From assembly GCA_963854795.1 (NCBI GenBank), contig CAWLAJ010000002.1, forward strand, positions 1 through 44,757: a DNA stretch of 44,757 nt, given 5' to 3'. The translations under genes and the position numbers were made by a program. Below, in pieces: positions 1 to 9,013 of this stretch (position 1 is the first letter of the stretch; each line of letters opens with the position of its first letter). Below the pieces are notes generated by a model, which was not told the DNA's origin, did no database searches, and was given only the letters and a program-made list of their open reading frames with translations. This DNA is from Deltaproteobacteria bacterium UBA4427. GTDB lineage: Bacteria; Myxococcota_A; UBA9160; UBA4427.

Positions 1-533
1 CGACCGGCAAATTGCCAGGTCGCCAGCGCCAGGAGTCCCTGGCTCGAAAGGCGCTCGGTGGCGGCACGCAAGAGTTGGAGTCGCCAGTCGCGCCCGGGAA
101 CATGGTGGAGGACGCCCATCACAGCGATCAGGTCGAAGGGCCCACTGGGCAGCGCGGCGCCCGGCCGGTCCGAGCTCAGGAAATCCTGCTCGATCAACAC
201 GCAATTTTCATCGGGCAGGTCCGCCAGGCGCTCGCGCGCGGCGGTGAGCAGCTCGGCGTTCGCATCGACTCCAACATAATGAAGCCCCGCGAATCCGGAC
301 TCGATCAGGAAGCGCGCGAGGCGAGCGTTGCCACAGCCAATGTCGAGAACGGAGAATCCGCGCGAGTCGCGCGCCTTGCGATCTTCCGGCGACTCGCGTG
401 AGGGGAGCCAGTGAAGGAGTTGCTTCCAGCCAGGCCAGGCCTGGTGCCCGCGGCTCGCGTCGAAGGCTTCGGCGTGTGCCCGATAGAAGCTCTCGGAGAG
501 CGCGAGCAGCTGGCTTCGGGTACGTAGATCCAT
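1..533 (-). CDS. Class I SAM-dependent methyltransferase, Trm9/CmoM-like; the 3' end runs off the window start, so it is missing from the supplied ORF track
   Basis: Hand translation of the minus strand from ATG (plus-strand cat at 531-533): MDLRTRSQLLALSESFYRAHAEAFDASRGHQAWPGWKQLL...FSVLDIGCGNARLARFL (SAM motif I)...FDLIAVMGVLHHVPGRDWRLQLL...GLLALATWQFAG. The frame stays open to position 1. Confidence 0.8.
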   Translation of the reverse strand, partial: MDLRTRSQLLALSESFYRAHAEAFDASRGHQAWPGWKQLLHWLPSRESPEDRKARDSRGFSVLDIGCGNARLARFLIESGFAGLHYVGVDANAELLTAARERLADLPDENCVLIEQDFLSSDRPGAALPSGPFDLIAVMGVLHHVPGRDWRLQLLRAATERLSSQGLLALATWQFAG

Positions 534-604
534 CGGGCACGAGTCTAGCCCGGGGAGGGCGAACGCGTCCCAGCCGCCTAAACTCGGTCGACGAGGATGT
601 ATGT

Positions 605-2488
605 GTGACCGAGAGCAATGAAGAGAAAATCGCAGCGGGCGGCGAGCCACGGTCGCCCGCCGAGCCGAAGCGTCTGGCCGGTCGTTTCCGCGGTCGCGGG
701 CCCGATCGGTCCTTCGATCCGACGCCGCTGCGCGAAGTTCTGATCCCGCTGCTACGCGCGATCGAAGCCGTCCCCGACGACATTCCGGATCCACTCGCAG
801 CGCAAGTCATGGAGCCTCTGCTGCGTGAGTTCGCCAAACCCAGTGGCGGTTTCTTTTCCCGCAGCCAGTTGATCGCCGCATTCGCCAAGTTCTCCCGGGA
901 GACGGCGTTCCGCTTCGATGAGACTCGCTTCCGGCGACGCGTCCAGCGTCGCCCCGTTCGGACGCAGAGTGGGGTCACGCCGCTCACGGTCCTGACGAAG
1001 CCCTTTCCCTGTCCCGGAAAGTGCATCTTCTGCCCCAACGATGTGCGGATGCCGAAGAGCTATCTCTCGGACGAACCCGGCGCACAACGTGCTGCCAACA
1101 ATCGCTTCGACCCCTATCTGCAGACCTGGAATCGCTTGGCGGCCTTCGATGCGACCGGCCATCCGACGGACAAGATCGAATTGATCGTGCTCGGCGGGAC
1201 CTGGTCGTTCTATCCGCTGGCCTATCAGATTCACTTCGTTTTGCGCTGCCTCGAAGCGATGAACGACTTTGGCGCGGGCCTTGATCGCCGCGAGGAATGC
1301 GAGCCCCGGACACCCGACTTCGAAGAGATCGACGCCGAGATTCGCGGTGATCAGATCGAAACGAACCCCTACAACCAGATCGTGACTCGTTTTTTGCGGG
1401 AGCGCCTCGACGGGCAGCTGGTGGTCGCGGAGGAGGAGTCCGATTGGGCAACGCTCTCGAAGGCGCAGCGCTTGAACGAATCGGCGGGCGCGCGCTGTGT
1501 GGGACTGGTTCTCGAAACCCGTCCGGATCATGTCGATGAAGAAGAAGTTCTGCGACTTCGACGCCTTGGCGCGACGAAGGTTCAACTGGGCGTTCAGAGT
1601 CTCGATGATGAGATCTTGCTCGCGAACCGCCGTGGGCATGACGTCGAGGCGACGCGTCGTGCCTTCGATGTCCTGCGCCGCGCGGGATTCAAGCTGCACG
1701 CACATTGGATGGCCAATCTGCTCGGAGCGACTCCCGAGGGCGATTGCGAAGATTTCAAGCGCCTCTTCGAGGATCCCTCCTTTCGCCCAGACGAACTCAA
1801 GCTCTATCCGTGTAGTCTGATCGAGACCGCTGAGTTGATGGGGCCGTGGCGGCGCGGGGAGTGGCAGCCCTACGACGACGAGCAGCTGCTCGAAGTGATG
1901 GCGGACGCCTTGCCTCGTGTGCCCCGATATTGCCGGGTCACGCGGGTCATCCGCGACATCTCCTCGGACGACATCGTCGCAGGAAACAAGCGCACGAATT
2001 TTCGACAGATCGCGGAAGCCGAAGTGGCGCGTCGGGGCGAGCAGCTCGTGGAAATTCGGCAGCGTGAAATTCGCAGCGAGGCCTTCGACCCGCTGGCGCT
2101 CGAATTGATCGAGACCGAATACGCGGTCGAGAGTGGGCGGGAGGTCTTTCTCGAATTGGTGACCGAGTCCGATCGAATCGTCGGATTTCTCAGACTCCTA
2201 CTACCGCGGGCGGCTTCGTTCGTCGATGAACTCGGTGCGAATGCCATCGTTCGTGAGTTGCACGTCTACGGGGGGGCGGTTCAGATCGGCGCCGCCTCCG
2301 GTGGGCGCGCTCAGCATCGCGGTCTGGGCGCTCGCCTGCTGCGGACGGCCGAATCGCTCGCTCGCAAGGCCGACTACCCGGGCCTATCCGTCATTTCGGC
2401 CATCGGCACCCGCGCGTACTACCGGCGGCAGGGCTTCATCGATGGCGAGCTCTACCAACACCTCGAGATCGACGGTCCCCCACGCTAA
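605..2488 (+). CDS. elp3: Bacterial Elp3 homologue (radical-SAM + GNAT tRNA wobble-uridine modification enzyme)
   Basis: The ORF at 398..2488 contains RTQSGVTPLTVLTKPFPCPGKCIFCPND (radical-SAM Cys cluster) and the C-terminal GNAT motif IVRELHVYGGAV...AQHRGLGARLL...ISAIGTRAYYRRQGF. I place the start at GTG 605: it is the first in-frame start after the divergent methyltransferase ATG at 533, and GAGGA lies 6 nt upstream. The start is uncertain. Confidence 0.85.
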   Translation: MTESNEEKIAAGGEPRSPAEPKRLAGRFRGRGPDRSFDPTPLREVLIPLLRAIEAVPDDIPDPLAAQVMEPLLREFAKPSGGFFSRSQLIAAFAKFSRETAFRFDETRFRRRVQRRPVRTQSGVTPLTVLTKPFPCPGKCIFCPNDVRMPKSYLSDEPGAQRAANNRFDPYLQTWNRLAAFDATGHPTDKIELIVLGGTWSFYPLAYQIHFVLRCLEAMNDFGAGLDRREECEPRTPDFEEIDAEIRGDQIETNPYNQIVTRFLRERLDGQLVVAEEESDWATLSKAQRLNESAGARCVGLVLETRPDHVDEEEVLRLRRLGATKVQLGVQSLDDEILLANRRGHDVEATRRAFDVLRRAGFKLHAHWMANLLGATPEGDCEDFKRLFEDPSFRPDELKLYPCSLIETAELMGPWRRGEWQPYDDEQLLEVMADALPRVPRYCRVTRVIRDISSDDIVAGNKRTNFRQIAEAEVARRGEQLVEIRQREIRSEAFDPLALELIETEYAVESGREVFLELVTESDRIVGFLRLLLPRAASFVDELGANAIVRELHVYGGAVQIGAASGGRAQHRGLGARLLRTAESLARKADYPGLSVISAIGTRAYYRRQGFIDGELYQHLEIDGPPR

Positions 2489-4020
2489 CTAGCGCGGTCG
2501 AGCGGCACGAACAGCGTGTTGGCTCCGCGTCGAACCAGGACGAGGATCTTCTCCTTGCCCTTTGAAGCCTCGAGAACAGCGGCCAGGTCCTCGACGCTGT
2601 TGATTTCCCGTCGGTCCAATTCGATGATGATGTCTCCGCGCCGGATGCCCGCCTCGGACGCGGGACCATTGGGGGCGACCTCTGTGACGATGACGCCGTT
2701 CGACTCTTCGAGACCGAGCTCTTCGGCGAGCTCGGCGGTCAGTTCTTGAGCTCGAATGCCCAGGGACTCGGCGCCCTCGCTGGGTTCTTCGACGCGCATC
2801 GCGACTTGTTCCGGGTCGTTGAGTCGACCGATCTGGATCTTGAAGCTCTTGCGCTTGCCTTCACGAATCACGATGACTTTGGCCTTCGTATCGACGGGCG
2901 TATTGGCCACGACGATCGGCAGATCATTCCATCGAACGATCTCTTCTCCGTTGAATTCGATGATGATGTCTCCAGTTCGGATGCCGCCCTTTTCTGCGGG
3001 CGTATTCGGGAGAACCTGCGAGACGAGAGCGCCGCTCGCCTGGTCGAGATCGAAGTGGTCGGCAATCTCGTTGGTGACGCTTTGAATCGAGACGCCGAGC
3101 CAACCGCGCGTGACGTGTCCGTCGGCACGGAGTTGGGGAAGGATCTGTTTCGCTTGATTGATGGGAACCGAAAACCCGATCGTGTTCGCTCCGCTGCGGA
3201 TGGCCGTATTGATTCCGATCACTCGACCCTTGAGGTCGATCAAGGGTCCGCCGGAATTGCCCGGGTTGATCGCGGCATCGGTCTGGATGAAATCTTCGTA
3301 GAGCTTTGGGTCCATGACGTCGCGTCGGTTCTTGGCGGAGACGATGCCCGCTGTGACGGTGTGTGCGAGGCCGAAGGGATTCCCAATCGCGACGACCCAA
3401 TCGCCGGGTCGTACGGCTTCGGAGTCACCGAGCGCGATCGTGTCGAGGGCGGTCTTGCCCGGATCGACCTTGAGTAATGCGATGTCCGTCTTGGGATCGC
3501 GGCCGATGATTTTTGCCTCGAGTTCGGTTCCATCGAGGAAGTGGACGATGATCTGGTCCATGTCGGCGACGACATGATTGTTCGTGACGATATAGCCGTC
3601 GGGGGAAATGACGAAGCCGCTGCCCTCGCCGCTGCTCCGGCGTTCTTCGGGCATGCCACGCTGATGCCACGGGCTGCCGCCGAAGAAACCGGGTGGGAAG
3701 ACGCGCTGTCGGGTCGCGACCATGCCACTGGTCTGGATGCTCACGACGGCGGGCGCGACGCGTTCGGCGAGGTCGGCGAAGCTCGTGGGAATGCCAACGG
3801 GCTGCGCTTCCGGGACTTCACTTTCGGATCGCCAGAAGGCTTCGCGCTCCGCTCGCGAGCTTGGTTTCTCATCTTCCTGGCTACCGAAAAAGTCCAGCGC
3901 CTGCGCGGTGTTGGGGCCAATCATTGAAGTCGTTCCGAGTCCCCGGCCGAACTCGAAGCCGGCGCCTACTCCGAATAGGATGAAGACGGTGGCCAGTGTG
4001 GAGATTAGAAGATGACGCAC
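2485..4020 (-). CDS. htrA: HtrA/DegP-family periplasmic serine endoprotease with two PDZ domains
   Basis: N-terminal signal anchor MRHLLISTLATVFILFG. Catalytic triad contexts are VTNNHVV, DIALLKV and TDAAINPGNSGGPL. The long C-terminal half is PDZ-like (GALVSQVLPNTPAEKGGIRTGDIIIEFNG; GVIVTEVAPNGPASEAGIRRGDIIIELD). GTG start with GAGGAG upstream. Confidence 0.92.
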   Translation of the reverse strand: MRHLLISTLATVFILFGVGAGFEFGRGLGTTSMIGPNTAQALDFFGSQEDEKPSSRAEREAFWRSESEVPEAQPVGIPTSFADLAERVAPAVVSIQTSGMVATRQRVFPPGFFGGSPWHQRGMPEERRSSGEGSGFVISPDGYIVTNNHVVADMDQIIVHFLDGTELEAKIIGRDPKTDIALLKVDPGKTALDTIALGDSEAVRPGDWVVAIGNPFGLAHTVTAGIVSAKNRRDVMDPKLYEDFIQTDAAINPGNSGGPLIDLKGRVIGINTAIRSGANTIGFSVPINQAKQILPQLRADGHVTRGWLGVSIQSVTNEIADHFDLDQASGALVSQVLPNTPAEKGGIRTGDIIIEFNGEEIVRWNDLPIVVANTPVDTKAKVIVIREGKRKSFKIQIGRLNDPEQVAMRVEEPSEGAESLGIRAQELTAELAEELGLEESNGVIVTEVAPNGPASEAGIRRGDIIIELDRREINSVEDLAAVLEASKGKEKILVLVRRGANTLFVPLDRAS

Positions 4021-4081
4021 GATTGATTCTCCTCGTTGCGATGAAATGACTCTTGGGGCGTGTGGATCGGATGGATCGAAT

Positions 4082-5656
4082 TCAGAACAGTGGCAGGGTC
4101 AGATGGTATCGGCCGGGTCCTCTTTGGACCACGACCAGAGCGCGTGCGCGCCCGCGAAGGCGCGCGACCGCACGACGCAGGTCTTCGCTGGAGGACAGGG
4201 TGACTCCATTGATTCCCAGCAAGAAGTCTCCGGCACGCAAGCCCAGCGTTTCGGCGGCGGAGCCCGGATTGACGCCCGTGACCTCGAAAGCCCGGTGGAG
4301 TTCGGAGCGGGTCAGTTCGAGACCGAGTTTTCGTCGCGCGATGTTATGCACCATCGCCTCGGGTAATTCCTCGGCGATCGCCGTGAGCAGCCGAGACTCA
4401 CCATCGCGGTAGAGTTCCAAGGCAAGGCTCTGATTGTCGGTCAGCCCTTTGAGCATCTCGAAAAGCTCCTGGGCATTCTTGACCGCGCGACCATCGACGT
4501 TGGCCACGATATCGCCGCGCTGGATGCCCGCACGCGAGGCGGGGCTTCGCGCGTGCAGCCGGCTGACGAGTACGCCGGAGACTCCGTTCGGGAGATCGAG
4601 TATCGCGCGCAGCGCCGGATTGATGTCCCGGAATTCGAGACCGAGCCAGACGGGGTGGACCTCGCCGTAGAGAAGCAATTCGTGGATGACGCGTTTGGCG
4701 ACATCGATGGGAATGGCGAAGCCGATGCCCTGTGCGCCTGCGAAGATCGCTGTGTTGATTCCAATCAGTTCGCCCTCGGCATTCAACAGCGGTCCGCCCG
4801 AATTACCCGGGTTGATCAGCGCATCGGTCTGCAGCAATCCGTGCACGGTCATGTCGCTGCCCTGCGACCGGACCGATCGGTTCGTTGCCGAGATGACGCC
4901 GGTCGTCACGCTGTTCGAGAAGCCAAAGGGGTTGCCGATGGCGATCACGGGTTCGCCGACCATCAGGTCGTCTGAAGTGCCGGGCTCTGAAAAGGGCAGG
5001 GCTTCGTTCGTCAGGATCCTGAGGACGGCCAGGTCGTTGTTTGGGTCGGCGCCCACGAGTTCCGCATCGTACTCGCGACCGTCTGCGATCGTGACGCGGA
5101 CGCGATCGGCGCGGGCAATGACATGCTCATTGGTCAACACGTGACCCTGGACATCGAAGATCACGCCGGAACCCAAGCTCTGCACCGTTTGGGATCTCGG
5201 CACGAAGAAGTTTCGGAAGAAGCTGTCGAAGACGGGGTCCGAGCCTCCGCGGCGCGCGAAGGGATTCGCCGTCGTGGTGATTCGCTCGGTCGTGATGTTG
5301 ACCACGCTCGGGCCGACTTGCCGAACCACGTCGACGGCGGCCGTGCGGCGAAGGAAGGGATCGCCCGCCCGGGCCGTCGCGGGGTTTCCCAGAGTCATGA
5401 TGAGGGCGGCGAGGACCAGTGCAAGCCGGCCGAAGGAGCCGGAAGATTCGGATGGCAGGGTGGCGAGTCGAGGGAGAGTCGAGTCTCGCTGCGCCCTGCA
5501 TTCTTCGTTCTCGTTCATCATCATCCCGTCGTCGCTCCATTCCGGGGGCGCACCGGAAATCGAGCCTGTATTTCGGCCGAACCGGCCACCGCGCGAGGCT
5601 CGCCCGGCGACCTGCACACTCTGAATCCGCCCAGCCGGCTTTGGTTCATGGTTCAT
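4082..5656 (-). CDS. Second HtrA/DegP-family serine protease with two PDZ domains and a roughly 70-aa N-terminal extension before the membrane anchor
   Basis: Triad contexts LTNEHVI, DLAVLRI and TDALINPGNSGGPLL. PDZ-like segments GVLVSRLHARSPASRAGIQRGDIVANVDG and FEVTGVNPGSAAETLGLRAGDFLLGING. Hydrophobic segment FGRLALVLAALIMTLG. An alternative start at the internal MMMNENEE is possible. Confidence 0.88.
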   Translation of the reverse strand: MNHEPKPAGRIQSVQVAGRASRGGRFGRNTGSISGAPPEWSDDGMMMNENEECRAQRDSTLPRLATLPSESSGSFGRLALVLAALIMTLGNPATARAGDPFLRRTAAVDVVRQVGPSVVNITTERITTTANPFARRGGSDPVFDSFFRNFFVPRSQTVQSLGSGVIFDVQGHVLTNEHVIARADRVRVTIADGREYDAELVGADPNNDLAVLRILTNEALPFSEPGTSDDLMVGEPVIAIGNPFGFSNSVTTGVISATNRSVRSQGSDMTVHGLLQTDALINPGNSGGPLLNAEGELIGINTAIFAGAQGIGFAIPIDVAKRVIHELLLYGEVHPVWLGLEFRDINPALRAILDLPNGVSGVLVSRLHARSPASRAGIQRGDIVANVDGRAVKNAQELFEMLKGLTDNQSLALELYRDGESRLLTAIAEELPEAMVHNIARRKLGLELTRSELHRAFEVTGVNPGSAAETLGLRAGDFLLGINGVTLSSSEDLRRAVARLRGRARALVVVQRGPGRYHLTLPLF

Positions 5657-5670
5657 CGTCGCCTCGCATT

Positions 5671-6408
5671 CTACCCCTCGGGAAAATAATTCGTGTCGAG
5701 CGTCTCGCGTAGTTGCCGCGCCGCTGCCATCGGGTTCACGGCAGCCGTAATCGCGCCGGTGACTGCAATGCCGGCCGCGCCCGCGCGCGCCACCTCGGCT
5801 GCACGCTCGGGGTTGATTCCACCTTGGGCCAGGATCGGTCGCCCTCGGTCCACCGCCTTCGACAGCAGTTCGAGGCCGAGCGCCGGGCGAGAGGCTTCCT
5901 TCGAGATCGGATTCCAGATCGGCGCCAGATGCACATAGCTTCGCAGCCCGCCCGCCGACGGGGAGGCCGACTCGATTTCATCGAGAGCATGCAAGGACCG
6001 GCCGATGCAGGCGTCCTCGGGAAGCAGCTCGCGCGCGCGGCCCTCGTCGATCGCATCGAAGCCGAGGTGTACGCCGTTGGCGCCGACCGAGAGCGCGATG
6101 TCGACGCGCCGATTCACGATCACACGCCGGGCGCTTCGAACAACCGCCTGGCTGTCCGCCTGGACTTCGCCTCGATCGCCACCGGTTCCATCTTTGCGCG
6201 CGTCGACCAGGAGCCGAGCGATTCGGAAAAGCGAGTCAGAACTGAGCGAACGGTCGCGCAGCTGAATCCAATCGACGCCCGACTCGAAGAGCTGTCGGGC
6301 GAAATCGCCCGGTCGTGATCCGAGTGCGCGAGCATCGAGCACCGCGCAGAGAACTGGACGACTGGTGTTGGCAGAGAGACGCTCGGGGCTAGAAGGTCGC
6401 AGTGCCAT
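5671..6408 (-). CDS. thiE: Thiamine-phosphate synthase
   Basis: [11 protein letters not shown]...[10 protein letters not shown]...[21 protein letters not shown]...[30 protein letters not shown] chose the start at the MALRPSS methionine (6408), which overlaps the thiG stop by 20 nt. The longer ORF start at 6528 is unlikely. Confidence 0.85.
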   Translation of the reverse strand: MALRPSSPERLSANTSRPVLCAVLDARALGSRPGDFARQLFESGVDWIQLRDRSLSSDSLFRIARLLVDARKDGTGGDRGEVQADSQAVVRSARRVIVNRRVDIALSVGANGVHLGFDAIDEGRARELLPEDACIGRSLHALDEIESASPSAGGLRSYVHLAPIWNPISKEASRPALGLELLSKAVDRGRPILAQGGINPERAAEVARAGAAGIAVTGAITAAVNPMAAARQLRETLDTNYFPEG

Positions 6409-7210
6409 CGAGGGGGCTCGAGGCCGAGGCATAGAGTCGCTGTGGCATGCGACCTGCTTCGTAGGCGGCGCGTCCGGCGAGCACTCCCTGACGCATGGCG
6501 ACCGCCATCTTGAGTGGATCCTTCGCATGGGCGATCGCGGTATTCATCAACAGCGCCGTGGCACCCAGCTCCATGGCGACCGCAGCGTCACTGGCCGTCC
6601 CCACGCCGGCGTCTACGATGACGGGAACTTCGACCGTCTCGAGAATGATCCGTAGATTGGCGGCATTGCGAATTCCCATGCCCGATCCGATCGGCGCTGC
6701 CAGAGGCATGACGACCGGGCAGCCCATGGCTTCGAGACGCTGGCAGGCGACCGGATCGTCGGTGATGTAGGGCAGGACCGTGAATCCATCGGCGATCAGT
6801 GCCTTCGCCGCTTCGAGCGTGGCCGGCACATCGGGAAAGAGCGTTCGTTCGTCGCCGATCACTTCGAGCTTGATCAGATTGGTTTCGAGCAGTTCGCGTC
6901 CCATCTTGGCCGTCGTGATCGCATCCTCTGCGGTATAACAGCCCGCGGTGTTAGGCAGGATCACGAAGCGCTTGGGCGAGATCACATCGAGCAGCCGCGG
7001 ACCCTTCGAGGCGTCGAAATTCACGCGCCGCAGCGCAACCGTGATCATCTCGGCGCCCGACGCCTCCGCGCAGGCCAGGTTTTGTTCGAAGCTCTCGTAT
7101 TTTCCCGTACCGATGATCAGGCGGGATTCGAATGACCATTCGCCCACCTGCCAGCCCGACATCTCATTGCCACGATTGGCAGTCTCGTTCTTCGCGTTGT
7201 CCGCGGTCAT
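6389..7210 (-). CDS. thiG: Thiazole synthase
   Basis: [15 protein letters not shown]...[16 protein letters not shown]...[14 protein letters not shown]...[20 protein letters not shown]. The start at MTADNAK (7210) is directly downstream of the thiS stop. The upstream part of the 442-aa ORF overlaps thiS out of frame. Confidence 0.92.
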   Translation of the reverse strand: MTADNAKNETANRGNEMSGWQVGEWSFESRLIIGTGKYESFEQNLACAEASGAEMITVALRRVNFDASKGPRLLDVISPKRFVILPNTAGCYTAEDAITTAKMGRELLETNLIKLEVIGDERTLFPDVPATLEAAKALIADGFTVLPYITDDPVACQRLEAMGCPVVMPLAAPIGSGMGIRNAANLRIILETVEVPVIVDAGVGTASDAAVAMELGATALLMNTAIAHAKDPLKMAVAMRQGVLAGRAAYEAGRMPQRLYASASSPLDGTATF

Positions 7211-7212
7211 CG

Positions 7213-7431
7213 CTAGCCCCCTCCCACTGCTTCGAGAATTTCGATTCGGTCGCCGTTGTTCAGCTGGACCCGGTGATGGGACGAACGAACGACGATGTTC
7301 CGGTTCACGGCCACGGCGACCCGACGTTCCCCCATGTCGAGGACCGCGAGAAGATCGGCGACGGAAGCGTCCGCGACCAGTCTCTGGACGCCGCCGTTCA
7401 CGACGACTTCGAGTTCGCTCGTGGAGTCCAT
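7213..7431 (-). CDS. thiS: Sulfur-carrier protein ThiS
   Basis: 72-aa product [18 protein letters not shown]...[33 protein letters not shown], ending in the diagnostic Gly-Gly. It lies immediately upstream of thiG. Confidence 0.85.
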   Translation of the reverse strand: MDSTSELEVVVNGGVQRLVADASVADLLAVLDMGERRVAVAVNRNIVVRSSHHRVQLNNGDRIEILEAVGGG

Positions 7432-7579
7432 TCGTGAATCGCTCCTTCGCGGCTCTTTCTTCGGGGTCGACGCCTGCGCGGCCGATCTCGGCAACATACC
7501 GGACGGACTCCCGGGCCGCCGCCGATTCGACGGCCGCGGGTTGCGAGGGTTGGTGTATTGTCGCGATCGGAGAATTGGA

Positions 7580-8776
7580 ATGCGCGATTCGGGGGAAGAG
7601 CGGCCGGTTTGGGCGTGGATCGATCAGGACGCGCTGCGCCACAACGCAAGTCGGGCCATCGACTGCGCCCGGGGCCGCACGATCATCGGAGTGGTCAAGG
7701 CGGACGGCTACGGCCATGGTATCGCCGACGTCACGCGGGCTCTGCTCGCGCAGGGCGTCTCCAGACTCGCCGTCGTTTCGGTCTCCGAGGGCGCTGAATT
7801 GCGGCGCTCAGGCATCGTCGCGCCCATCCTCCTTCTGGGAGGTCTCGAAGACACCACAGCGGCGGAGCGAGCCTTGAAATGGGGACTGACTCCGGTCCTC
7901 CATGATCAGCGCGGCTTTGAGCTGGCGCGCGCGTCGGGCCGCGGTGGATCGCCGCTTTCCATCGAAGTCGAAATCGACACGGGCATGCGCAGAATGGGCG
8001 TTGCCCCGGGAGAGGCCGTCGGTCTCCTCGATCGTATTTCGGAAACTCGGCAATTGGTGCTCTCTGGCGTCTTCACACATCTCGCCTGCGCGGATGACGC
8101 CGACGCGAAGGCCAGTCGCGATCAGGTCGCTCTGCTGGGCGAGATCACACGCGAATTCGGTCGCGGCGGCCGGTCGATGCCGCAGACGCATATCGCCAAC
8201 TCAGCCGGCTTGTTTCGCCTGAACGACTTCGAGACCCGCGACCTGGGCGTCGTCACGTCTGCCGTTCGGCCCGGCCTGATGCTCTACGGCGTGTCTCCGT
8301 TTTCTGACCGCAGCGCGGAATCGCTCGATCTCGACCCGGTCATGACCCTGGCCGCTCGCGTGGTGGCGATTCGCGTGGCTTCGAAGGGCGATGGTGTGGG
8401 CTATGGCGGTGATTGGCGTGCCGCTCGCGATACCCGGATCGCGACCCTGCCTCTCGGCTATGCGGATGGGCTGCCGCGTTCACTCGCGGGGAAGGGCGAG
8501 GTCTTCCTGGCGGGGGCGATGCGTCCAATCGTCGGGCGCGTGTCGATGGACTACATCGCGGTCGATGTGGCGGATGCTGCCGTCGAAGTCGGTCAGGTCG
8601 CCACCGTCTTCGGCCGGACCAGCGACGGAACTCGCGTTCCCGTCGAGGCGCTGGCTCGCGCGGCCGGCACGATTGCCTACGAAATTCTGGTCGGTGTCGG
8701 CGCCAGAGTGCCGCGAGAAGTCGGCAGCGGGCTACCTCCGAATATGGATCCCAGCCCGCTCGGTCGCGCCGTTTGA
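7580..8776 (+). CDS. alr: Alanine racemase
   Basis: PLP-lysine motif [13 protein letters not shown] and C-terminal [15 protein letters not shown]. The ATG at 7580 ([19 protein letters not shown]) is chosen because the longer ORF start at 7295 overlaps thiS. Confidence 0.9.
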   Translation: MRDSGEERPVWAWIDQDALRHNASRAIDCARGRTIIGVVKADGYGHGIADVTRALLAQGVSRLAVVSVSEGAELRRSGIVAPILLLGGLEDTTAAERALKWGLTPVLHDQRGFELARASGRGGSPLSIEVEIDTGMRRMGVAPGEAVGLLDRISETRQLVLSGVFTHLACADDADAKASRDQVALLGEITREFGRGGRSMPQTHIANSAGLFRLNDFETRDLGVVTSAVRPGLMLYGVSPFSDRSAESLDLDPVMTLAARVVAIRVASKGDGVGYGGDWRAARDTRIATLPLGYADGLPRSLAGKGEVFLAGAMRPIVGRVSMDYIAVDVADAAVEVGQVATVFGRTSDGTRVPVEALARAAGTIAYEILVGVGARVPREVGSGLPPNMDPSPLGRAV

Positions 8777-9013
8777 CGCCGCGTCCGCGCGCGGTTACAA
8801 CATCGCAAGCCCCCCTGTCCCCGACCATTCTCGACGCGGATGGCGCGTCCAAATTGGACCTCGCAATCGCGGGGCGCTCGCTGTATCTGGTTCAGATCTC
8901 TGGAGAATCGAGGCCGGGACGGGTCGCACGAGCACCTGCAGGCTTCATGGATGCAGAAGTAGGTAGTCGGTCGTAGTCGAAGAAGAGACCACACAAAGAG
9001 GGAGAAGGAACGG

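Noticed and set aside
398-604. N-terminal extensions of track ORFs (Elp3 398-604; also thiE 6409-6528, alr 7295-7579, thiG 7211-7717, DUF1015 12620-12694, yraN 18123-18416, wecB 29726-29806, exporter 31473-31676, gmd 37564-38286, crp 40747-40884)
   Set aside because: The extensions overlap neighbouring genes or are Arg/Ser/Pro-rich, without family similarity. Internal starts with an RBS or with ATGA-type coupling fit the conserved N-termini better.
6443-6458. Well-spaced sigma-54-like element TGGCAT-N5-CTGCT on the plus strand
   Set aside because: It lies inside, and antisense to, thiG coding sequence, with no plus-strand gene downstream. It is most likely a chance match, and it could at most drive an antisense RNA. 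Similar in-gene matches (e.g. TGGCAC-N5-CCGC inside trmD at about 16405) were ignored for the same reason.
7432-7579. Possible TPP (THI-box) riboswitch in the thiS-thiG-thiE leader (minus strand)
   Set aside because: The leader contains GCCGAGA (similar to CUGAGA), GACCCC and GCGAAGGAG (similar to GCGUAGGGA) in the right order. The conserved pyrophosphate-sensor helix segment (ACCUGAUC.GG.UAAU.CC) is missing when read by eye. A covariance-model scan (Rfam TPP) would settle it. I do not call it.
8777-9013. alr-purH intergenic region: CCGCG-tccgcg-CGCGG hairpin and GTAGTCG direct repeat
   Set aside because: The stems are short, there is no U-tract, and there is no recognisable riboswitch or promoter consensus. 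This is not enough to call a terminator or regulatory element.
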